DNA of 64,000 bases from Moniliella sp. 'wahieum' (taxonomy: Eukaryota): NCBI GenBank assembly GCA_003971905.1, contig RSEE01000142.1:1-64000 (forward strand). Direction: 5' to 3'. Below, one piece after another: positions 12,051 to 24,959 of this stretch. Within the stretch, counting starts at the first letter, position 1. Every line of letters starts with the position of its first letter. A model generated the notes under the pieces. The model had not been told where the DNA came from, made no database searches, and was given only the letters and a program-made list of their open reading frames with translations. Made by a program: the position numbers and the translations under genes.

Positions 12051-13785
12051 GCTGAGGATGGGACGAGGGAGGCGGGGCGGCTGGCGGCCAACTGGACGGG
12101 TGGACAAGGCAGTCACAGTCACTCCTCCCCGCGTCCAGCGCGCATATATTCACCCCCCATCTATCCCCCGTGCCGTCCAGGGTGCAGCAGGGTGCAGCCC
12201 AGCACGCGGCAGCCACAACAAACAGTGGAGAGAGACACTGCCCCCGCGCTCCCCGGCGGCGGCGAACAGCACGTCTGACCGATGATCGCGGATCGCTGAC
12301 CGTTGTTCCTCCTCCATTCCAACATCCGCCCGCCCAGCACAGCCGCCCCAGCCAACCCTAGCCGCAACCGCCGCTCATCCCCACCCCCGCACCTGCCACC
12401 AGGCCCTGATCCGCCGACGTCATCCATCCTCCTCCTCTCTTGCAAGGGGGAGGTGGCGTGTCAGGAAACACGCAGGCCCCTCCTTGACCCCCAAAAGCAC
12501 ACGTCTCCCCCCCGGAAACAGATACAGCAGACTCTTCCTAGCCCGTGGCTACGCCTATCCAGCATCCGGTGAGCTCCACCAGTGCAGTTCCGTGCCGCCC
12601 CGTCTGCCTGTCACGGGCTGCGGCGGACACGAGAGTCCGACCCAAGCTAAGGCCCGCCTGCTCGCACATGCCCAGTAGAGCGTGCACCGCAGGCCAACCA
12701 AGTGTGATGATGGTTGGCTAAATTAAGTATCGTGGCCGAAGGGCCATGCTCCGCGCGACAATAGTCGCCCCCCGCCCAAGTCCAAGTCGGCCGGCCTAAA
12801 TAAGGCCACCGAGCTTCCAGTGCCGTGGCGGCATCTGCCGTCCCGTCCCCGTTTCCGTTTCCTTTCTCGGTCGCGCCTGTGGCGACCAACCCCGCTTTTG
12901 ACATGTCTTCCTTTCTACACCCCTCTTGTATCCGTTTCCCTTTTGATCCTGCCTGTACCCCTGGTTGATGGGGACTTTTCCCCCACCTTCCATTCTCGTC
13001 ATCCTCTCGTCATCCTCTCGTCTCCACTTTCGTCCCTTTCCCGCCTATCCTGTCCGACTCCTGCCCGTTTCCAGCCAATTGATCCAGTACAGGCAGCTCC
13101 TCTTGTTAGCGTCCGACATCTCCTCCGACCTCGTCTCCAGCCCTTCGTCAGTCCAATCGCGCGAGCCCTCCTTCGGTTGCGGCGATTCCCAGTCCCAGTT
13201 AAGGCAGTGTTTGTCCGCCGCTGCCTCCTCCCGTCCCTAAGTCCCGGAGGCTTCAGACACGTTACTACAGCCCAAGCCGGTGCAGACGCAGCCTTGCCAC
13301 ACGTGCAGCGCCCCACCAAGGCCCCTCCTCGTCCCTAGCTCCGCTCGGACACACCAACCAGCCTAATCCCGAAACTACCGTGAGTCGACCTACCGTCGCC
13401 TAAGGGATTGTACCCCAAAAACCCCAGGGCGGGCCCCCTGGCGGCGCCCGCCCGTGACACTGCCCAGTGGTCCGGCCTATCGCCCACGTGCACAGCAGGT
13501 GTCTATGCCTTGTCTCCCGGCAGGAAGTGTGGAGGAGGGGAGGGGGGGAGGAACAGGCAGGAAGTCAATCAGTCAATAACAATGCGGTGTTAGATACCCA
13601 GCAGGGGCCATGTCCTATACAGAAGGCAAGCGTACGCGCTACGCCCAAGGCGAAAATAGGGGGGGGGTGGGGGGGTAGCGGTTGGATGCCCTGTCCGGGA
13701 AAACGTCCATGGGAGGCGAGAGTCGGAGGAAAGTGCGCGGCTAGGGCCTGGGAACCAAATCCATCCCCATCGCTTTCAGCATTCA

Positions 13786-14547
13786 TCACCAGTGCAGAAC
13801 GTGGGTGGGGCAATGGTAGCCCGAAGGGTTGTTTGAAGAGGTAGTCTTGATGGTACTCGTCGGCGGGGAAAAAGTTTGGCCGGCCGCTCTTCGATCCGGG
13901 TGACGATTTTTCGCCAGTCGGGTCAAAGTACTGTGATCCGCGCAGCGGAAGGCAAGTTGGTCAGGACACAGTACAATGGGGCGGGGCGGGGAGGGGGGGG
14001 GGGAGCAAAGCGGAGGAATATGCGTACTTTTGTACTTCGGCGGTCACTTGACGTGCAATGCTCAGCTGTTCCGGGCTGTGGGCCCAGATGGCAGAGCGGT
14101 ACTGCGTCCCGCGGTCGGCGCCTTGGCGGTCAAGGGTGGTGGGGTCGTGGGTGCGGGAAAAGTGGTGAATGAGTTGGGCGTAGGAGACGAGCGAAGGGTC
14201 GTAGACAAGCTGGTATGCCTCGGCATGGCCGTGCGGCCCGTGCACATCCTCGTAGCTTGGCGTCGGATGGGAAGCGCTGCCGCCAATAAATCCCACCTCG
14301 CCACTCACCAGTCCGCGACCCTTGCCAAAGTGCTGGGCAAAAATAGGAGGAAGCCCCCAAAAGCAGCCGGCCGAGAGGGTGGCAATGGCGGTGGGGAGGG
14401 GGAGGGGGGATGGGGAGAGGCGGCCGACATGGCAGGGGCACTGGTGTGGAAGGGAGCTGCGATGGGGAGACGGGGGGGAGCAGGCGCACTGGAGGGGGAA
14501 GCAAGGGTGACGCGAGGGAGGGCGGAGGCAAGGCGGGGACGGAACAT
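13786..14547 (-). CDS. msrA: Peptide methionine sulfoxide reductase A
   Basis: Motifs GCFWG, GHAEAYQLVYDP, HDPTTLDRQGADRGTQYRSAI and ADEYHQDYL..NPSGYHCPTHVLHW*. Intron 13931-14027 (GTACGC..CTGAC..CAG). Confidence 0.93.
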
Positions 14548-14710
14548 GCAGTAGGGCGTGATGTTCGTCGGTCTGGGTGAGTCGAGGGGGTCGGGCCGGA
14601 TGGGGGAGAAAGAGACACAGCAAGTGGCTGGTCGCCACAAGAGATATGGAGGGGGCTTGGGCGCACGTGCGTATGACGTCATGCCGCCCGTCTGGGGAAG
14701 GCCTGGGTTC

Positions 14711-14744
14711 AACGTTCAACGTTCAACGTTCAACGTTCAATGTT
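14711..14744. repeat. (AACGTT-C) heptamer array in msrA upstream region
   Basis: Four perfect units and one degenerate unit. Confidence 0.9.
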
Positions 14745-15355
14745 CAGTGTGGGTCGCACGGCCAACCGAGCAAACGCCCACGTGACGCGGTGGACGCCTT
14801 CCTGTCCCGTGCCTCTCATCTGCATTGGCGAGACAAGCAAGAGGGAGAGCCTGTCGAACCAGCCAGCACACAAAGCGCACACGTGTGGATCCTATCTTCA
14901 TCGAGGGGCGCCGCCCAGGCATCCTCAGCTACCTGGAAAACAACCGATGCGGCGGCACACGTCGACCTGGCAGAGGCGCGTCTTCAGCCTGCAAGGACGC
15001 CCCAGGGGAAAGGGACAATGAGGGAATAACGGGCGATAGATGCGGGTAGTGCGATCCACAAGAAGAATGCAGCAGGGTACTGGGCTTCGCGCGCTTACCC
15101 TTGTACTTGTACTTGGACTTGGACTTGTATCCTCGCACTTGTTCCCGTACCAGCTGCTGCCATATAAATGGGTAAAAAATAAAGGTTCGAGGCCAGGCGG
15201 GCTGCGGGTGCGTCGCGCGGGAGGGGGGGTAGGTGGGTCGCCTGGCCGGTGGATATAAAAGGTATCAACAAAACCAGAATGTACTAGGGTGTGCGATCCA
15301 CGCACGACCGGATCAACGAGGGTGTGCGGGGCGGGGCAGCGCGGCGCCAAGGGGG

Positions 15356-18300
15356 TTACGGGGAAGGGGTGAATGGTGAATGTGTGGGGGTGATGGAGAT
15401 CGTGATGGTGACCCCCAGGCTTGCACCGCTCGAATCATCATCCTCATCATGGCCGCTGTTTGCCATCTTTCTGGCGCTTGCTGCGTTGCTCTCACGTAGT
15501 GAGAAGGTCAAGTGCGCGTGCGCACAGGCAGCTGTCGATCCGCTGTCATGCTGGACCGCAAACTCTCTTCGTCCGCCTCGACGAGCGAGTGCAGTGGCTG
15601 ACCGGGCTGATACCGTTCTCGGAACACGGGCGTCTCCTCCGCTTCCTCCTCTAGCATCAGCAGTTGTTCCTGCTGATCGGGCGGTAAGTCGGTGGTGTAG
15701 CGCCACGGATGCGGAGCCTCGAACGAAACGGCCGGATTCCCGCAGACCGTCCTGCCGACAAGCCGGATCCCGAGCCGGAGTCTGAGTCCGAGCCCGAGCC
15801 CCCAGAGCCGAAGGGGACAGTGGCAGGCCCACTCGCTGGTCTCTCGTCATGCCGCTCAGCCCCAGCCCGATCCAGCAGGGAGGAGGGCAGGAGACGAGTC
15901 TTCTTCAGTCGCGGACTCGGCCTCGGTCTGTGTCTTTGCCGCTGGCGCTGGCGCTGGCGCTCCGGCTGGCTCTGGCTCTGGCTCTGGCTCTAGCTCTGGC
16001 TCTTGCTCTGGCTCTTGCTCTGGCTCTGGCTCGGCTTCGGCCGGGTCCAATGTTGTGTCCGACCCGTTCTGCTGGGCATACATCTGGATCCGCACCGCAG
16101 GGTCTGCCGCTGCCCTAGATACCTCCTCCTCCTCCTCCTCCTCCCGCTCCTGAGGCCGACGGGCCACTGGCCACGTCCATCGCGGGCGGTGCACCGCGCA
16201 CCATGCCAGTAGGACGGAACCGGGCGCGTGGTGTCACTGCTGGACCTCTCTCCCTTCCCCTTCCCGTTGCCCTGGCCCTTGCCCTGGCCCAGCACGCTGA
16301 CTCTGTTCCTCATGGGCCGGGGGGGCGGGTGAAATGGGTCGGGGCAGAGGGCGGGCGGGCCTGTGGGGCGAGAGAAGCTGGGATTCAGCGTGGGGCCGAA
16401 CGGGATCCGCGGTGGAGGGCGCCATGTCCTCCTGGCCAAGGTCAGGAGCCAGAGCTGAGGATGGAGAAAGGGACTGGCGGGGGGAGGGGAAGAAGTTGGA
16501 AGTGTCTCTTGACGTGTGCGGGCCGATGAGGCGGGGGCGGGACTGGCCTCGGCAGAGGCGAGGTGACGTGGGCTCGGGGGGTGGAGGACGATCCGGCTAG
16601 GATGGAAGAAGGTGAAGAGGAAGAGGGTGGGAGCGTTTCCTCGAGAGAGTGCAGGAGGTTCAACAATCAATTTTGGTCGAGCTCGCGGGGTAGAGGGGGA
16701 GCTAGTATGCGAGCGAGGAGATGGCGGTTGCAGCTTGATCTGTACATCCACCCACCTCTCCTCCCTAGAGACGGGCTGGCCGGTGGATGGGTCCGTGTCC
16801 AGGACGGAGACAGTGTCAAAATCAACGGCGGAGAAGGAGGATTGGCGTGGCCGGCGCCGATTGGCTACGGAGGCCACGCCGGATACCACCCCCGCTAGCT
16901 CATGGCGCACTTTGCTTTTATGTCCGGACGATGGTTGATGAGGCAGGGGATCCGCGGATCCTGTGCGGTCTTTGCCATTCGTACTCCGTGCCTTGAGCAC
17001 AGAGATGAGCCGGGAGCTCCCGGCGGTCAAACGGGACAGGTTCCCACCTGAGCCATACAAAGGCGGATCAAAATCGGGGCTGCTGGAATCCGATTGTCCT
17101 CCCGCCGACTTTGGGGTGTTAGGCCGAGGTTCGTATGGACGGGAGGAGAGAACGTAGAGAGGAAGTTCCATTCGCCACGGACGAAGCCACGGCACGCATA
17201 GGGTTCAGACTTGGGGGGCTCGAAGGACTTGCTGGTCAGATTGCTCTTCCGGCCCTGTTTGTGCCGCTTCGTCGCCGCGCCCGCTACTTCGCTTTCCACG
17301 CTTAAACACAGTAAACTTGGATCGCATTGACCGCGTTTTGTCCAAGTTGCTGTGATCCAATGTTTCCAGCTGGGCACGGTACTCGGGCGGGATGACCTCA
17401 GAGAGGACAAACCAAGCGCCTTCCGTGCGCGGGTCCAAGTCTTCCTGCTCTTGCCACCCGCCAACAGGGATGGAGGTGGGCGTGGGACCGACTTGTACTG
17501 CAGCACCACAAAGTTAGCTGGGCGGTGCGATAGGTCATCGCGGTTGCTCCACCTGCCACCAAGGAGGTACTCCGCCCAGACCTCGGCAAAACATGGGATC
17601 AAAGTGGGGCGCCACCTCTTCGGGCGCCGAGGGAGAGGAGATGATCCTGGGCTTGGTCGAGTAGGGAAACGAAGGCAGACGATCGGTGGCCTGTCTTAGA
17701 CGCTGAAGGAGTGCCTGCCTTTCGTCCGGCCGTGCCTCGCGCTCCACTTCGAACTGGGCTTCGAACGCTAGGATGGAATCGAGACTTGTCTCCTCGCCAA
17801 ATCCAGCATGCTCAAAGTCGGACCAGGCCACCGTGTTGGGTCGCACTCTCTGGCGTTTGCGTTGCGTTTTTCAGTCAAGTCAAACTGCAACTTGCTTTCG
17901 TCGGTGGCTTCAACCCGGTAGAAGCAAAGCTGCCCCACTCTGCCTCGGCAAGGGAGGAGGCCGACTGTATGCCCGACTGGGCCGGTAGCTGTTGCAGGGC
18001 AAGTCCAAACGGCGCCGATGCACTTTGGCTGGGCGTTGTCGTCCCGCCCTGAACGCCACCGGTAAAGCAAAGCAGTTTGCGCGTCCGTGCCGAAAACTGT
18101 GGCCGCGCTCCGTACTTATCGTTCTGGACAAACACGCGTCCCATCCCCGCAGCCCTGGACGGGAGCCAAGCAGGCCGTCTGCACCAGGTCGGGACTGTAG
18201 AGTGGCACATTCCACTCCAGCACGGTCACCGGTTCCTGATGGATGTGAGCCTTGACCTGCCTCCCGTCCCCCCCATCTCGCATGACTGCCACATAATCCG

Positions 18301-19400
18301 CCACATGCTCTTGTAACCGGACAGGCAGCGGGGAGCTAGCCCCCACCTCGCGAATGTACGCCAGAAGAGATGCTCCGCCGCATTGCCCGCCTGGACGTAC
18401 GCGGCATATGTCAACCCAAACGTTTCATCCTCTGGTAGACCAAACAGCAGCGGACCAAACACTCGCCCGAGTCGTGAGGGAGTCATTCCATTCTTCAAGA
18501 GTAGGCCACTGTCGATGAGAGAAGGGAGAAAAGCGTTTGAAGGAGACTCCGTTCGTTCGGACCCAGCTGAGAAGCAAAGAGAGAAAAAGCTTGGGGCGGG
18601 AAGCCGGAGCCTATTCGTAGCGTCAGTCAGAACCATGCGTGGGGGGGGGGGGGACGGGAAGGCAACTGAAAAGGATGGGAGGTAACGCACGTTGTTCGGT
18701 TTGCGCGCCACTGGATGTACGTGCTAACCTGGAGGAAACCGCGATGTTGTGTAGCAAGGGTCTCGGGAGCGCCTGTTGCGAACGAAGGAGCAGCTACTCC
18801 GCTACGAATCCGACACAGAGCCCATTTAATGAGTGCTGCCAGGTCGACCGGGTTGGCAAACGCACATTCTTGGGCAAAGGCAGGCGGGATGGGTTGGTCG
18901 GGCGACGGGGCGTGTGGGGTAAAGGTTGCTGGAGACTGGGTGGGAGTAAGGACGGGGAGGCCCAAGTAGGCGCGCAGCAGGGAGGCGCAGCCGTCGGGGC
19001 TGAGGCCGATGGCGAGGGGGAGAAGAGAAGGGGCGTGTCGAGGGCGCGCTGGCGGATGTGGGTGCGCGCAGAGACGCACCAGCGCCTCGACACGTGGAGC
19101 ATCGAGCTCAATGTCTGCGGGGGGGACGAGGGCTCCATAGGAGCGCACGAGCCCGGCAGCGGCTTGGCCAGCCATGGCCAGTGCGCCTGCGCGCTCGCGC
19201 CAGAGGCCGAGCCGAGCCAGAGGCGGAGCGGGCGCGGGCGCGCGCAGCGCGCAGAGGGCGGTGCAGGCGCAGGAGGCGAGAGGTCCAGTGCGCTCTTCCA
19301 CGGCTCGAGAGGCGGGAGGGAGGCGGCGAGGAGGTGCGGGAGCGGGGGCGCAGGCTGGCGGGGGGGAGAGGGCGAAGATGGCGGGCGCGCAATGCTCGGC
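15356..19400 (-). CDS. Msb1/Mug8 (DUF1708, RhoGAP-like) domain protein; start approximate, frameshifted
   Basis: Segments ELDAPRVEALVRLCAH, LDTPLLFS, FAQECAFANPVDLAALIKWALCRI and NGMTPSRLGRVFGPLLFGLPEDETFGLTYAAYVQAGNAAEHLF, followed by a long disordered C-terminus with an (EP)n repeat at ~15960-16030. Confidence 0.7.
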
Positions 19401-19677
19401 CGGCGCTGAGGCGGCGGCAGCGCAGCGGGCAGGCCGGGCGGAGGAGCAAACGCAGGCGGCGCGCGGCGCGGCGTGGTGGGCGAGTCCAAGCGGCTGGTGG
19501 GGAGGGCCAGGGAGATGTTGACGGGGAGACCGGCCGCGAGGGAGCGGGTTAGCGGCAGCTAACCGCTCCCGGCCACGCCCGGGCAAGTGGCAGCCATCGG
19601 CTATCCTCGCAGCCGTGCGGAGTCCCGACAGCCTCGACGTCGCCGACTCCTACTCCCGCCGCTGCCCTGCGCGGCCG

Positions 19678-19742
19678 CTGCCCACTGCCCCGTCCCCACT
19701 GCCCCGTCCCCACTGCCCCGTCCCACTGCCCCGTCCCCACAG
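19678..19742. repeat. 14-bp minisatellite (CCCCACTGCCCCGT) x~4.5
   Basis: Visible tandem units upstream of the Msb1-like gene. Confidence 0.85.
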
Positions 19743-20571
19743 CCGTCCTGGTGCGCTGGTGCGCCTCTGTCACACACACCCTGACATGCATCATGCATCG
19801 TGTCACCCGCCCTATCACTTCCTCGCCGCCTGTCCACAAAAATGTCACCCCAGCCGCCACTCCCCACACCCACACACTCCACCCTCATCCACCCCATCTA
19901 CCGTCGCCATGCCATTCCTGCCGCCAGGCTGTGCCCGTGGGCGAGACGTCTCCCACGCATCGGACCCCGCCGAGGGAACCCATCACCACTGGCGTTGCCT
20001 GCAGCGTCCGGAAAACGAAACGGTCGAGTCCGCACCAGCACCGCTGCTCCGTTCATCAGGAGCGCTTTTGGCGATCCGCATGGGGTGTGGCACCCAGGCC
20101 GATTCGAAACAGGGGTCATCGTCCACATGGCCACAGGCCACCAAAGAGTGGCGCAGAGTGTATCCAGGGAAGCGCGTCTGCGCTCTGTCCCTCTTCCGCG
20201 CCCCACAGACGTCTCCAGCCATTGAGACCCGAAAGTGGGTGATTGTGCAGGGGGGTCGTTCGAGATTCCAGAGGACAACTGGTCGTCGAGCATAATGCCC
20301 TATTCACTACAACCGTCTCAGATCCAGCATGCGTTTCCGAGTGCTTGTCACGCGTCACGAGAGATTGGTGCGGCCACACGGATATGTTGTGGGTGCGGCT
20401 TTTCAGATGCCTGGCGCATCTGTTTTTTCCCTGGAGAGTGTGTCCCTCTCTGCGGCCATGGTGTGCTCCCCATTCTCTGCTATTTAATGTTTTGTCCCCA
20501 AACGCTTTTACATTTCTTGGTCTTGTCTAAAGAGACCTAGAGTCCGGATGGTCTCTCGAGGGTGATGCAAT

Positions 20572-20733
20572 CGCACTAGTGGTGATGGTGGTCTAAGCCA
20601 ACCATCAACGCCTACAGAGGAAATCAAGCACCGAGTCGCCACCAGGGCTAAGCTGCGGAACAAGGAAAAACAGGAGAGAGAAGACAACGGAACTCCTGGC
20701 CTGAGGAGAGAACTGAAGGGGCGTTGACCAAAA
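20572..20733 (+). repeat. Dispersed repeat copy 1 (homologous to 27274-27472)
   Basis: Colinear shared blocks CGCACTAGTGGTG, AGCCAACCA, ACGCCTAC, GGAAAA.CAG, GGCCTGAGGAGAGA.CTGAAGG and GTTG.CCAAAA. Confidence 0.75.
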
Positions 20734-21596
20734 AGCCCGTACGAGCCACTCGGTGGCTCCACATTTTCTCGAGAGACTATAGGAAGTACGTCAGAGTTAG
20801 CGACGGAGGCGTTGACCGTATAGACGGTTGAAGCTGGAAGGGCAAATGATACGGGTTCTGGTGTATGATGTAAGATGCATGGGGTGGATGAGGTGGGCAG
20901 CCATGTAAGAGGAAGCATGTCTTGTTCCTGGGGTCTTAATGCATCTAATGCCCGGCCTCCTTTTATCTCCGGCGCCAGGATGGAGCTGGGACGATGAACG
21001 TTGACGCCATAGTATACCGATTGCGAACAAGCGTTTACTCAACAAGGCCATACAACCATAGCACACTTGCTGCACATATGGCCTCAGCGCAAGGCGATTT
21101 TAGCGAGGTGGCGCAGATGCACCGCGCATTGAATCGGCTTATTGACGACAATCCACAGTCCACACGCACGCGGAAGGTTCAACTTGAACGTTAAACGTAA
21201 AGTACGTTACAACGTCAAGGCCCATTGGCTTAATAGTGTTGCTTAAGGACCTTATTAAGACCCCACACACCCGCCACACACCCGCTTTGCCGCGGTTCCC
21301 CTCCGCGGCTCTCCTCCCTTTAATTCCCATCCGGCACGCACGGGCCCACGTGCCACCACCGCGCGTGCTGGCCTTCCTATGGACACAAGCGCCCACACCT
21401 CGGCGCCGTCCACTAGCCACATTCAGCCTCTGCTCGCCAGACGCGACAACAGGCGACAAGTCAAGATGCCTGACTCTCATCCCAGCGAAATATATATATG
21501 TGCGGTATGGCCGCTTCTCTTCGCCTCCCCTTCCACAACTTTGCTCACCCGATACGCATCCAGCCTCCTAGTAACTCTACAGACACCACCGTTCCC

Positions 21597-22505
21597 ATGT
21601 CGGCCGCGCCCAAGATTGTTCAGCAACTGAAAGGCCAGCGCTCCATCGTGCTGGGGGGCACGTCTGGGATTGGCTATGCGATTGCCTCGGGCCTAGTGGA
21701 AGAAGGAGCGCGCGTGCTTGTCGCCTCGTCTTCAGCGAGCAAAGTCGAGGCGGCTGTCCAGTCTCTGTCGGACCCTAACACGCAGTACAATGCGTCTCCA
21801 TCCCGTGTCGCAGGGCGGGTGATCGATCTAGGCCAGGGGGCCAAGACAGAAGCCGCGTTGGAGACGCTGTTTGCCTCGCTCCCGCCCGATTGGGAGGGCA
21901 AGGTAGACAATGTTGTGTTTACCGCCTCTCCCTTGCTGGTCCGGCCATTGGGCCCATTGATCAATTGGACTATGCGACAGCAATCAAAACGTTCGAGGGA
22001 CGCATTGGCGTTCCTCTCCTGATCGCCAAGGTGGCATCGAAATATTTCGCCAAAGGAGGCGCACTGCTTTTTACGGGGGGGATGTTTTCTTACGTCCCAA
22101 TCCTTCCATGGCGGTACGTTCTTTCCCCTCGTTCTTGTATCCCCATATCAGTGTGCGTTCCCCTGTCAAAGAATTTGGCACTGACATGAGCATGTGCATG
22201 GTTCGTCATATGTGCACAGCTGGTTAGCATCTCTGCCACGCTTCCTCGCTTGCTCAGACCATTTCCTTGGACTATGCCCAATCGGGCTTAAATGTGCGTG
22301 TGAATGTGGTTCCTGTGGCCGGTCGACACCCCACTTTATTCTTCCTTCCCGCAGGCTGCCCAGGATGCGCTCAACAGCCATCTTGTCACCAAAAGCCAGC
22401 CAGCCCCTTTACTATTGCGCAGTCATACTTTCCCTCCTCAAGGATACCACTGTCATTGGCCAGACCATCCTGTCCGATTCGGGATACGTCGCCAGCCCGC
22501 CTTGA
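21597..22505 (+). CDS. Short-chain dehydrogenase/reductase
   Basis: Motifs IVLGGTSGIGYAIA (Rossmann), VDNVVFTA, LNVRVNVV.PG.VDTPLY and IGQTILSDSG. TATA-like run at ~21490. Probable intron ~22114-22219. Confidence 0.85.
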
Positions 22506-23859
22506 ACCACCAAGGCAAAAAAGTTGAGATGCACTGGGGGATTTGGTTTCTCTTTCATTTTCTGGCTGTGTTCTCTCCCTTTGTGTCATACTCCTTCCTG
22601 TAGACTCAAGACCGTAGCCTCATCTCCTTTCCTTGGTGCATAGTGCGTATACAAGAGTAGTATCTCTCTGCAGTAGCAGCCGCGAGAAATCTTATATGCA
22701 GGGCAAGCACCACATTTTTGTAGGAAAGCTCCATCATATTTGGCATCTGTACTAACAGCGAAGTTTCTAGTGCTTTCCCGGTCTAGAATAGCCTACATCT
22801 CCCCGCCGTTGTGTGTTTCCTGTGTTTCGCGCGAGTACTCCGTACTGAGTGTTTAGGATCCGTTCGAACACATCCAGTTGTGCTTCTCGTGGTCAGAAGA
22901 GTAACATGACTCATGCCAGGCCTCATGCATGACGCCGCTGGGAGCCTGTGCGCGGTCCGGTTCCACGTCCTGTAGCTAGATAAGGTTATCGATCATGCCC
23001 ACCAAATTGCTCTCCATTCCGGTGGGGTGAGGGTCTGAAGAACGAGGAAAACGCCATAGATTACTGCCAGCTGCGCGATCACCTCGCTGGCAAATTAAGT
23101 TCCCCCCTGCCTCACGGGTTTCGCCCTGTGCCCCGTGCTCTGTCGTCGTCTCCTGTGCCGTTCTTCATTCCCCTCTTGCTCTTGTTTCTTTCCCACGAAC
23201 AAGATTGGCACATGCGCTGACTTGGGTCTGGGCTTTGCTTCTCGTAGGCTTAATAACGCATTTGTCCCCCGACTGTTCTGAGTGAGAAGAGTGAGACCAC
23301 CACGTTTCCCTGGGCCTTTTGCCTCATCGAGCCCTCAGGCCTCTCATCACTAATTCACTAGTCACACTAGTCACTTCCAATCGTCGTTATTTTTACGTAG
23401 AAGACTGATACTGACCGGTGAAAGTATTCTAGAAAGCATCGCTACAACCCGCTTGCTTGGATTGGGGCTGGCGAGGTAAGCCAATGTGGAGATGCAGTTT
23501 GCTTTGCGGGGTTCCATTCTAGAATGTGACCGAGTACTCCGACCAAGGACACTGGGCACTGCGAGTTACTGAGCGCGTGGAGTCCGTCGAACGTTGAACG
23601 TTGAATGTTAAAACTACGTACACGCTGGCCATTGACTAGCTATTGACTACTAGTGACTAGTGACTGTAGAGTTGAAGTGTTGCATGTTGAGTAAGACTGA
23701 GTTAGCCATACTAAGTACGTTGGGTTTTCCTACGCGCTTCACTGGCTTAACCCCGCCCCTTGGCTGTCCCCAGGCTGCGCCTTAGTAGGAGAGGTGGCGT
23801 GGATTCAAAGGGTGGCCAGGGGCAAGGGGCGAGCTTGCTCCTAGTCGCCCGCTCCCCAA

Positions 23860-23901
23860 AGGCCTAAGGCCTAAGGCCTAAAGCCTAAAGCCCAAGGCCC
23901 A
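23860..23901. repeat. (AGGCCT-A) heptamer array
   Basis: Three perfect and three degenerate units. A further AGGCCT array lies at 24086-24111. Confidence 0.85.
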
Positions 23902-24959
23902 ACACGCACGAGCATGCTGCCATGTCACAGTCCCTAACCCCGACCTGCGTGATGCGTGACCGGTGACTGGACAAGCGCGCGCGTGACCCCAACGTCTTGC
24001 CCAGCTGGCCTAGCTGGCCTAGCCCCGCCGTTGGAGCTTGTGAGAGATGTGGCAAGTGAGCGATTGGTGGGGTCTTAGCGTTCTGAGGCCTAGGCCTCAG
24101 GCCTCAGGCCTGGGCGAACCATTGCATTCCCCAGGCCTTGTAGCTGCTAGGTTGGACTTCTGGGTTGGTAAGGCCCTAAGGCCTAATCAGGGTAACACGT
24201 AACGCGCAAGGTGCTCCCAATCCCACCCCCTGGTTGGCGTTTCCCACTTGGTTTCTCGCTGGTCTGTGTAGTCAGTCCCTAGCGGCGAGCCTCCTCGCAA
24301 CGCTGCCCCCCTACCCAACCACGCTGTGATATGTGTCAATGTGTCACATTTGGCACCAGGCCGATAATCGATAATCGATAAGGCCTGCCCATCAGCCAAG
24401 CAGGTCTGAGGGTTAAGCCTCAGCCTGAGGAGGCTGGGTGGGCGCTACAATCGTAGACGTGAGTCGAGGGCACAAGGGTTGGATTGAAGTTGAAGGTCAC
24501 CTGGGCGGGGGGGCTGGGCGCACGGCTCTCGAGACTTGCGCTGGGCATCCGTGTGCGCCAGCCTATCGTACTGCTTGCCGGGTACCCATCCTCGATCCGG
24601 GCCGCCGCATCTGCCCCGGCGGGTCCCATCCGTACGCGGCGAGAGCGAGTGACTAGGCCACGCTTGCACTGGGCTCGTCTATAACCCCTTCCCCCCCGCT
24701 TCCGTCAGCCCGCTCACAGCCCGCAAACAAAGACACAGCATGGTTCGTAGTGCGCGCCAGGAGCAAATCCTGGCCGGGGGAAGAAGCAGAAAGGGAGCAA
24801 GGGACAAGGGAGGAAAGAGCAACCAAGCAACCAAGCAACCAAGCAACCAAGCAACCGAGCAACCAAACAACCGAGGAAGAAAGCAAGAAAGCAAGAAGCA
24901 AGCTGTGGTCTTGGCTCGGCCCGGCCCGGATCGGATCGGGTCCCCCCACTCCCCTCCAC

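Noticed and set aside
12800..13600. Possible small plus-strand gene
   Set aside because: A TATA-like site and a GTGAGT donor are present, but there is no coherent ORF or homology.
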